A program made the position numbers and the translations under genes. A DNA stretch of 24,330 nucleotides from an uncultured virus (IMG/VR IMGVR_UViG_3300036800_000376) (lineage: Duplodnaviria; Heunggongvirae; Uroviricota; Caudoviricetes), in IMG/VR virus record IMGVR_UViG_3300036800_000376; one strand, 5' to 3'. The notes under the pieces were generated by a model. The model made no database searches. It was not told the origin of the DNA and saw nothing but the letters and a program-made list of their open reading frames with translations. Below, in pieces: positions 7,133 through 14,032 of the stretch; position 1 is the stretch's first letter, and every line of letters starts with the position of its first letter.

Positions 7133-8263
7133 TTACCCGTCTGGTGATGAGCCTGGCCCGAGTGCGCCGTTGGCGCCGAAAGCGGGTGGCTTGGTTGTTG
7201 ATGATGTTGATGCGCGCGTCGGCGTCGACGCTTGGGTCGCCGCTGGCGTGACAACGGGCGTCGCTGGCGCCGTGTACGTCTGCTGCTGGCTCACCGCGGA
7301 GCTCGCCGGCGTGCTCTGCTTACGCTCGGGCGTGCTGGTCCTGTGATGGACCACTGCTCGCGGGCGAGCTCGGTGCGCGGGCCGACGAGCGCGAGCGCCG
7401 GTTTTGGACTCCGCCTTGAACCGGAGCGCCATATTCCGGACTCTCGAGTGATCGATGGTCGTCGAATGCGTGGCAGGCAGAGTGGCTGCGACGGACGGAG
7501 CGACGCGCGCGGGATGAGAGCCGCCACCGCTGAGCGCCGACGTGAACTTGGTGACGCCGACCGCTAGCGCGATCGCCGCGACGGCAACGCAGGCGGCGAT
7601 CAAGGCGCGTTTGCGCGTGAGAAGCTCAGCTCCGCCGGTGAGGAGCACAGCTCCCCCAGAGCCGGTAGCCGCGAGTGGTCCTGAACGCCTGACGGGTGGG
7701 GGCGAGCTGCGGAACGGCGGCGCGGGGTCCTCTTTGGGCGCGTGTTCCTCGGTGTTGACCTCTGCTGGTGCGAGAGCGTCAACGGTCGGATCGTGCTCGG
7801 CTGGCGACCCGACGACGGGCGCGCTGCGCTTGGTCCGCCGAAGCGGCCCTCCAGTTCTTGACGGGCGAGCCGCAGGCTTCGCAGGAGCCGCGGTCGCGCT
7901 CGCGCTCGCGGCGGCGCGCCTATCGAGCATTCGCTTGAGCCGATCGACGTCACCCGATGGCGCCGGGATCGATGGCGGCGACGGCTCGGGTGGATCGGCG
8001 CGAAGGGTGGGCATCTCCGGTTCGATCCAGGTGCGCTCCGAGGGACTTTCGGGTGTCTCCGCGACGTTGCGGCGCGGGAGCTTCGGTGGGGCGAAAACGC
8101 TCGAATCGGTCGGCGACTGGTCGAGTAGGTGTTTGGGGACCATCGCGTCGACCGAGGGAATGTCTGGGGCTTCCTGCGCTGCGCGTTGGCTCGCGCGCCG
8201 AATTCGATGCCGTGAGCTCGCGGCCTCAATTGGAGTAGGCGGCGTGAGGGTCTCGTCGGTCAT
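7133..8263 (-). CDS. Pro/Ala-rich single-pass membrane protein
   Basis: Disordered Pro-rich N-terminus, TM helix ALIAACVAVAAIALAVGV, Ser/Thr-rich extracellular part ending FGANGALGPGSSPDG. Confidence 0.75.
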   Translation of the reverse strand: MTDETLTPPTPIEAASSRHRIRRASQRAAQEAPDIPSVDAMVPKHLLDQSPTDSSVFAPPKLPRRNVAETPESPSERTWIEPEMPTLRADPPEPSPPSIPAPSGDVDRLKRMLDRRAAASASATAAPAKPAARPSRTGGPLRRTKRSAPVVGSPAEHDPTVDALAPAEVNTEEHAPKEDPAPPFRSSPPPVRRSGPLAATGSGGAVLLTGGAELLTRKRALIAACVAVAAIALAVGVTKFTSALSGGGSHPARVAPSVAATLPATHSTTIDHSRVRNMALRFKAESKTGARARRPAHRARPRAVVHHRTSTPERKQSTPASSAVSQQQTYTAPATPVVTPAATQASTPTRASTSSTTKPPAFGANGALGPGSSPDG

Positions 8264-8502
8264 TTCGACTCGATCTCGGAGAGTTGTTTTACAGAGGTCT
8301 GCAATGGTCTAACCGCGAGTCTACACGCCAAGTTTGTTGGAACGCGCATCAAGTACCCAAACCGCGAACAACCTCGCAAGTTCGACTCGCAGCTTTCTGA
8401 TGTCCTCTTCTTACCCTGCTGGCATACAAACCGGAACCTCGGGCGGGAGCGCGCAGCGCTCTCGTCGAGGGACTGATACTGCGGCTCGCGGATCTCGGTC
8501 AA
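8260..8502 (-). CDS. Small hypothetical protein, possibly frameshifted
   Basis: AGGAGG RBS and a TTG start overlapping the xis-like stop; the 3' half has atypical codons. Confidence 0.4.
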   Translation of the reverse strand: MTEIREPQYQSLDESAARSRPRFRFVCQQGKKRTSESCESNLRGCSRFGYLMRVPTNLACRLAVRPLQTSVKQLSEIESK

Positions 8503-8798
8503 GTCGCCTCCTGAGGGCGCACCAGGCTAGGAGGCTCTTGCCACGTATCCACGGTCTCAGGGGTGCGCAGCTTTATCGGCCGCGTGTTCAGCGGGGATGC
8601 TCCTCCGCCGGCGGCGTCATCGACATTTCGCTCGCCTGCGATCAGCGCGTCGACTTCACTCTCCGGGATCCGGTATTCGCCGCCAATTCGGACGGCAGAG
8701 AGCCGGCCGCGCTTTATGTACTTGCGGACGGCTTGGGTCGTCATGTTGATCCGGCGGGCGACCTCGACGGTCGTCAGAAGCGGCTCTTGCTGCGTCAA
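8499..8798 (-). CDS. Excisionase-family (HTH_17/MerR-like) DNA-binding protein
   Basis: LLTTVEVARRINMTTQAVRKYIKRGRLSAVRIGGEYRIPESEVDALI; GGAGG RBS; TTG 8798 overlaps the upstream TGA. Confidence 0.9.
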   Translation of the reverse strand: MTQQEPLLTTVEVARRINMTTQAVRKYIKRGRLSAVRIGGEYRIPESEVDALIAGERNVDDAAGGGASPLNTRPIKLRTPETVDTWQEPPSLVRPQEAT

Positions 8799-9253
8799 CT
8801 TGACCTCCGTTGTTCGCCGATCGCGGGAACGAGGCCGTCCTCCACGGCTACAGCGCGCGCGAGTTGCTCGGCGGCACGCGCGAGCTCGGTGTATCCGCGC
8901 GCGACAGCTGCGAGGCTCCGCCCCTGGCTTACGCGGTTGAGCTCCTCGAGCGCTTGATCGAAGATCAACCACAGATCGGCTGGTCCTCGTCTGCCGGTCC
9001 CGCGCTGGAGCTCGTAGGGTGGATCCGCTGGCCGAACCGGTGGCCACTCGAATCCTGCCTCGTGTGCCGCAGCGCATGCGGTCGCTTGGTGCGCGCACGC
9101 GCGAGAGAGAGCTGCCAAGCGGCTACTGAACCCCGCGTCTGGCTGCGCCATGCGGTGCCCGCGGATAGCCTGAGCGAGTTCTTCTCCCGCCTGCTCGAAC
9201 TCGGCTTGTGCTCGGTCGGGATCGACCGTCCGTTCTGGATCCGCCGAGGACAT
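8795..9253 (-). CDS. All-helical hypothetical protein, paralog of the central domain of 1834..2515
   Basis: ATG 9253 just downstream of a promoter; motif RL..L......A..C..A.EAG.E...PP.EL.....R......W...D.A.E.L is shared with the left-hand gene. Confidence 0.8.
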   Translation of the reverse strand: MSSADPERTVDPDRAQAEFEQAGEELAQAIRGHRMAQPDAGFSSRLAALSRACAHQATACAAAHEAGFEWPPVRPADPPYELQRGTGRRGPADLWLIFDQALEELNRVSQGRSLAAVARGYTELARAAEQLARAVAVEDGLVPAIGEQRRSS

Positions 9254-9264
9254 AAGCGTCGGCA

Positions 9265-9294
9265 ATCGTAGCAAACAGGGCGAACAGGCGACAA
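9265..9294 (-). promoter_or_regulatory. Putative housekeeping-sigma promoter of the xis-like operon
   Basis: TTGTCG-18 nt-TACGAT with a TGn extension, 11 nt before ATG 9253. Confidence 0.55.
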
Positions 9295-9458
9295 GGTTTC
9301 TGGTTCAATGCGAGCGGGTGCGCAGCGCCACTTCCCCCGGCTGGCCGAGATGATCGACTGGCCGGCGGGGTCTGAACCCGGGAGCACCGACGCGCTTCGA
9401 GTTTTTGCCGCGCGAGCTCCATCTCGTCGCGCTCAGCGGTTTGCGCACGGCGTGCGAC

Positions 9459-9752
9459 TCAGGAATCGGGCGCTACAGAGGCGAGATCGGTGCGGCGAGG
9501 GTGATGCGACGCATCGTCGGCGACTACGATCGCGCTCGCGTATGGGCTACGTAGCTCTCCGGGGATGTGTTGTAGCCAGAACTCTGGTGCGTCCTGAAAC
9601 CTCACCGGGCCATTAGCGCCGAGCACCGTGATCTCCGCGGTGATCCGCCGCGCTTTCTCGGGGTCTGGCCCGCCGAACATCGTCTCGCCCGCCTCGTGAC
9701 GGGCGGTCGCGATTAGCTCGCCTTGACTGTAGAAGTGTGCCTCGACCATCAC
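9459..9752 (-). CDS. Small hypothetical protein, candidate immunity/antitoxin for the upstream kinase
   Basis: 97-aa globular-looking ORF 8 nt after the kinase stop; last gene of the operon. Confidence 0.7.
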   Translation of the reverse strand: MMVEAHFYSQGELIATARHEAGETMFGGPDPEKARRITAEITVLGANGPVRFQDAPEFWLQHIPGELRSPYASAIVVADDASHHPRRTDLASVAPDS

Positions 9753-9760
9753 TGCCTAGT

Positions 9761-10993
9761 TTACCGTAGGGAGAGGCTGGCGGGTAGGCGTTCGGTGTTG
9801 AGCATGTCGGCGATCCGCTCGCGCATCGCCTCCGCGCGTTCCTCGCCGATCATCGGCGCGACGCCAAGCAGGCTGGGGCTCGCGCCAAGCCGTTCGAGCG
9901 TCTCGATTTCGTGCGGGTCGAGGCGCCCGAAGCCCATGCCCACACGGTGCTCTTGAAGCTGCGTGGCGTTGACGGCACCCCCGGGCTTGTGGAACGCGAA
10001 CCCGTGGTCGATCAGGCTCAGGGACCCGTCATGATCGACCAGAAAGTTACCGGCGTGACGGTCGGTGTTCCCGCACACCGCGTCGAAGAACGCGGCATCG
10101 CTGACCTGTTGGAAGTCGGAGTCAGCTCGCCAATCCATCAGCATGCCGGGGGTGCCGTCACGGTGCGCTGAGAGCGCCGACATGCCGTGCTCGTCGTCGT
10201 AAGTGAGCGCCGTCGTCGGCACCATGTGCGTGTAGCGCTCCCCCATTGCGCAGGCTAGATGAAACGCGGCTGCTTCGTGGGTGGCCTGCTCGTGGCCGTT
10301 AACCCCGTAGTACCCGAGGATGTTCGAGGTGTCCTCCTGCTCGACGGGCTTCAGGTAGGCGGTTGAGCCATCCGCAAGTGTTATGCGCTCGACATCGTTG
10401 GCGGTGCCACCGAGAGGCTGGCGGTAGGTGATGGTGGTATCTGCGAGCGCCTGGGCGGCGGCCTGGCTGGCCTGGGCGGCGAGCACAGCCGCGATCCGCT
10501 CGCGCTCCTCCTCTGTCGCCTCGGTGCCGCCACCGACGTCGTCGTTCTCGTAGCTGGCTGTGGCGTCGTCCCAGCCGTCGCCCGCCGTGCCCGTCCTGGC
10601 GGGCTCGCTCGAGGCCGGCGCGGCGGCGGCGTGGTGTCCGCGACTGGGAGGTGGGGGTGGCGGGGGTGGCGGATCGCCCGGGCCGGGGCGCGAGTCGCCG
10701 GACACGCTTGTCGCGACGAGCTGCTGGCCGGCGACCGTCATCGCTTGGCCACCTCCGCTGGCCTGATGGCCGACCTGATGGTTCTGACCGCCGCACGCGC
10801 ACTCGCATTTCTCCCGGATCGCGTAATAGCACTGGGTGTAGCACCCTTGCCTGACCTCGGCAGGCATCAGCCCGCGCTGCCAGTATTCGCCGCCCTTCGC
10901 CTTTGATGTCGCCCACAAAAGCACTGGCATCCCTGGTGTGAGCCGCGTTTGCCCGGTCATGGCGTCAGGGACCGGCGCGACTGGGGGGATCAT
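9761..10993 (-). CDS. PI3/4-kinase/HipA-superfamily kinase with N-terminal Cys/His cluster
   Basis: LGGTAN loop, AYLKP (Lys), HEAAAFHL (Glu), VPTT, FFDAVCGNTDRHAGNFLV, LIDHGFAF; N-terminal CYTQCYYAIREKCECACGGQNH; ATGA-coupled to the ATPase gene. Confidence 0.85.
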   Translation of the reverse strand: MIPPVAPVPDAMTGQTRLTPGMPVLLWATSKAKGGEYWQRGLMPAEVRQGCYTQCYYAIREKCECACGGQNHQVGHQASGGGQAMTVAGQQLVATSVSGDSRPGPGDPPPPPPPPPSRGHHAAAAPASSEPARTGTAGDGWDDATASYENDDVGGGTEATEEERERIAAVLAAQASQAAAQALADTTITYRQPLGGTANDVERITLADGSTAYLKPVEQEDTSNILGYYGVNGHEQATHEAAAFHLACAMGERYTHMVPTTALTYDDEHGMSALSAHRDGTPGMLMDWRADSDFQQVSDAAFFDAVCGNTDRHAGNFLVDHDGSLSLIDHGFAFHKPGGAVNATQLQEHRVGMGFGRLDPHEIETLERLGASPSLLGVAPMIGEERAEAMRERIADMLNTERLPASLSLR

Positions 10994-12186
10994 GGGTGCG
11001 CCTGGAGGACGCTGAGTGCGAGCTGCTTGAGTGCGACGCGTGCGTGAGCGGGGATCTGGTCCATGTTGTACTCGCCGTGCTCGAGGGCGTTCTCGATCGT
11101 CTCGTTGGCGGGAATGAGCAGTGGCGCGAGCCCGGCCTCGAGGAATTCCTCTTTGAGGATCTCCAGGTCCGCATGTTGGTGGTCGCGGATGTTGTTGATG
11201 ACCGCGAGTACCGCTGTCGCTTGAGCCTGTTGCTTTTCGCTGTCGACGAGCGCGCGAGCGTTGCGCAAATACCGATAGCTGTAGAGGAATCCTGCGGTGG
11301 TCGCGATCGTGGCGCGGCTCACGAGCACCGCGACATCACACGTCTCGGCGAGCGTACGACCGACCGTGTTCTGTAGCCCGGCGCCGGCGTCAAGGATCAC
11401 GAGCGGGTACTGCTGTCGTAGCCGGATGGCGATGCGGCGCAGGATGTCCGGACGATCCATCATGAGCGCGAGCATGGGCGCGTGGTGACCGGTCGCGTAG
11501 AGATCGACACCTGAGGGAAGGGTGGCTGCGTGCTGCTCGGGTGGGGTGTCGGGGTCGGAGATGAGCTGGCTCATCTCGCCTCCCTCGGGGGCCAGCACGG
11601 ATAGGCCCGCGAGCTCGGCGTCGCAGTCGACGAGCGCGACTGGTCCGTGTCCGGCGCGCGCGAGGATATCTGCGATCGCGAGCGAGAGCGTGCTCTTCCC
11701 CACCCCGCCAGCGCAGCTCATCACTGCGATCGTTCCAGTCCTCCCGACGGCGGCGTGGATCTTGCGGTCAAGGTCGGTCTCGGCCTGTTCGGGTTGCTGC
11801 GCGCGGCGACCGCTCCTGACGGCCGCTGGGGCTAATGCGCGTACTTCGCGTTCGTGGCCGTCGGCGCGGAAGTCTCGGTTTTGCTCGACGGGGCGCACGC
11901 CAGGGTTTCGACGCGGGCGAACAGGACCCGCCGGGAGCATCGACACGCCGACTGCCGGCCGGTACGGTGCCGGGACTACTGGTTGGAGCTCTGGGACGAC
12001 GAAGGTGTCGGCCGGTGGCGCAGGGATGACGTGAGAGGCCTCCGCGACGGTGCCGGCATCGTCAGCCACGCGGATGATGGCGGGGTTCTCTGCGGCTTCG
12101 TGATCTCGTGGCGGTGGGGGCGGCTCTTCCTGGTGTGGACGCCAGGTCCACGCACCTTCGCGTTTGAATGCTGGCCTGTCAGGCAT
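10990..12186 (-). CDS. MinD/ParA-family ATPase with Pro-rich N-terminus (EspI/FlhG-like architecture)
   Basis: IAVMSCAGGVGKST, VALVDCD, YPLVILDAGAG, VLAVINN. Confidence 0.88.
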   Translation of the reverse strand: MPDRPAFKREGAWTWRPHQEEPPPPPRDHEAAENPAIIRVADDAGTVAEASHVIPAPPADTFVVPELQPVVPAPYRPAVGVSMLPAGPVRPRRNPGVRPVEQNRDFRADGHEREVRALAPAAVRSGRRAQQPEQAETDLDRKIHAAVGRTGTIAVMSCAGGVGKSTLSLAIADILARAGHGPVALVDCDAELAGLSVLAPEGGEMSQLISDPDTPPEQHAATLPSGVDLYATGHHAPMLALMMDRPDILRRIAIRLRQQYPLVILDAGAGLQNTVGRTLAETCDVAVLVSRATIATTAGFLYSYRYLRNARALVDSEKQQAQATAVLAVINNIRDHQHADLEILKEEFLEAGLAPLLIPANETIENALEHGEYNMDQIPAHARVALKQLALSVLQAHP

Positions 12187-12694
12187 ATGGGCTTACGGTA
12201 CTCGCCTTCCAAGCTTTGTTCGTACGCTTGAGCTTGACCTTCACGGTGTAGGTCTCCTGCCCGTCATTGACGGTTGCGGTCGCGTCGACGGCGTTGTGGC
12301 CGCCCGGTTTGATCTGTAGCTGCAGGAGCTGGGGGTGCAGCGCGCGGATTGAGGGCGGAACGTTTGGTGGGTTGGTGGCCAGGCTCGCGCGTAGCTGCTC
12401 GGTTGAAGCTGCAATCCGCGTAGCGGGCTGGTGCCCGTACTCGAACGCGAGGTAGCCGCCCAGGAACGATCGTGCGGCCGCCGCGGGCCCGGTCTGCGGT
12501 CCGGTCACCGTCGCAGGCGGCGAATGCGCTCCCGTGGAGGCGGTGGAGGACGTCGTCGACGACGTCGAGTGGTGATGTGTGGCGCGATGTGCTGGCTTTG
12601 GTCCACCGGCGTGCTCGAGGGCCGCGACGATCCCAGCCGACGCGAGCACCACGGCAGCGATGAATGCGATCCACCTCGTGCGGGTTTCAGCCAT
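12179..12694 (-). CDS. Membrane-anchored protein with one putative NTF2-like (VirB8/TcpC-like) domain
   Basis: N-terminal TM, Ser/Thr linker, AARSFLGGYL...ATATVNDG..Y...L.....W pattern. Confidence 0.75.
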   Translation of the reverse strand: MAETRTRWIAFIAAVVLASAGIVAALEHAGGPKPAHRATHHHSTSSTTSSTASTGAHSPPATVTGPQTGPAAAARSFLGGYLAFEYGHQPATRIAASTEQLRASLATNPPNVPPSIRALHPQLLQLQIKPGGHNAVDATATVNDGQETYTVKVKLKRTNKAWKASTVSPYA

Positions 12695-12751
12695 CGCCTG
12701 CTCGTCGGCCGCCGAGCTCGGCGGTGTCTGTAGATATGGCTCTCACGGGGC

Positions 12752-12970
12752 TCATCGGCTTACGACGCGACTGCAGTTGTGCACCGAGCGCCAGGCCTGG
12801 AAAGCCGCGAACAGATTGTGGTGGGTGCTCAGGTCGTGATGCAGCCGCCACACGTGGAACGCGCAAGCGGCCGCGGAGCCAGTACGGATCTGGTGGCCAT
12901 CGATTGAGCAGCCGGCGCTCGTGAGCATCGCCGTGGTGGCCAGGAGCGCTACGAGCCTACGTCGGGTCAT
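12752..12970 (-). CDS. Small His-rich lipoprotein
   Basis: GAGAGGA RBS; MTRRRLVALLATTAMLTSAG-C lipobox; two further Cys. Confidence 0.75.
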   Translation of the reverse strand: MTRRRLVALLATTAMLTSAGCSIDGHQIRTGSAAACAFHVWRLHHDLSTHHNLFAAFQAWRSVHNCSRVVSR

Positions 12971-13067
12971 GGTTCAGTCCTCTCTTAGGTGGGCCGTGGA
13001 AATGGCTTTCCAGAGGGCGCGTGCGGGCGCCTACGGGGATGAGCGGCGGACGGACGATGGTCTTTGC

Positions 13068-13088
13068 TCCCCCTGGCGGCGAGGGGGA
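13068..13088. other. Intergenic stem-loop within the transfer operon
   Basis: TCCCCCT-7 nt-AGGGGGA. Confidence 0.35.
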
Positions 13089-13132
13089 TCAGGAGTCGCA
13101 GAGCTCGTGGCAGCTCCGATGCGTTGAAGGTC

Positions 13133-14032
13133 TCAGCCTGTGGTGGTTGCAAACCCATCCCCCTCCCATCCTGTTGTCGTTTTGCGCATCACGAAAGTGA
13201 GCGTCAATGACTCGCCGTCGTCGATGACGGTCGCCGTTGCGGTGAATCGTCCGGCCTGGATCGGGCCGTAGTCGATCGACCCCAGCGACGCGGCGACCCC
13301 GGTCTGCCGTTGTCCTGCGAGGGGGCCACGCCCGGTGCGGATCTGGCGCAACGCTTGCAACGTCGCTCGCGGCAGGGCAGCACGCGCCCCTTCGGCATAG
13401 TCGACGTACCCGAGCACGAAGCTCACCGCCGTGGTGCGCGCCGCGTGAGGAACGCTCGCGGCGGGCGGGCGGGCCGGTGGCTTGGCGTCGTCGGTCGCGA
13501 GGTCAGGCGGGATGATCTGCGTGACTAGCCACCGTCCTCTCTCTCGGGTCGCGTCGACCGTGAAGGGGTATGTGTGAGACGTGTTCGCGGCGACTGCGAG
13601 GACTTGCGTGGAGTAGACGGTGGATCCCTGCTGCTCGTAGGACGCGAGTCGCAGCCGCCCATCGCGATCCGTCGGGGGGATCCGCCCGCCCCCTACCGCG
13701 AGGTTCCGCGCGACCACGCTCGAGTACGGCAGCGCGCGCGCGGACGTCATCCCGCTCAGGTACGCGATGTAGGCCGCAACGAACGCGTGAACCACGTGGC
13801 CCGAGTCGGCCGCTGTGAGGCCACCTGAGGGCTTGTGAGCGGGCACCTGGGGCGTTGTGGTGGCCGTGGTCGGAACGGTCGGCGCCGGCGCGCTCGCGGC
13901 GGCGTGTTTCCTCACAGGCGTGGGATGGGGCGAGCCGTGACTCGAGAGCGCCGCTACGGCCACCAAAGCGCAGATCGCCGGGAGGGCGGCTAGCGCGACT
14001 TTCCTGGCCGTGGTGCGATGTGAGGGTCTCAA
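13133..14032 (-). CDS. Membrane-anchored protein with two putative NTF2-like (VirB8/TcpC-like) domains
   Basis: TTG 14032 overlaps the hydrolase stop (TTGA); TM helix; two repeats of F...Y..Y..G...LP ... aromatic-x-strand-W. Confidence 0.75.
   Translation of the reverse strand: MRPSHRTTARKVALAALPAICALVAVAALSSHGSPHPTPVRKHAAASAPAPTVPTTATTTPQVPAHKPSGGLTAADSGHVVHAFVAAYIAYLSGMTSARALPYSSVVARNLAVGGGRIPPTDRDGRLRLASYEQQGSTVYSTQVLAVAANTSHTYPFTVDATRERGRWLVTQIIPPDLATDDAKPPARPPAASVPHAARTTAVSFVLGYVDYAEGARAALPRATLQALRQIRTGRGPLAGQRQTGVAASLGSIDYGPIQAGRFTATATVIDDGESLTLTFVMRKTTTGWEGDGFATTTG

Noticed and set aside
7542..8312. Long plus-strand ORFs opposite the minus-strand operons (also 14947..15726, 16220..17008 and many others)
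   Set aside because: These are antisense or alternate-frame shadows typical of high-GC DNA, with no motifs, while the opposite strand has recognisable coupled genes.
10990..12186. Plasmid partition system parAB
   Set aside because: No parB or centromere-binding partner is adjacent, the gene is embedded in the transfer operon, and it lacks the signature Lys.
12709..12724. 16-bp perfect palindrome CCGCCGAGCTCGGCGG
   Set aside because: It is very GC-rich and has no loop or U tract; GAGCTC-centred palindromes are common throughout this sequence.
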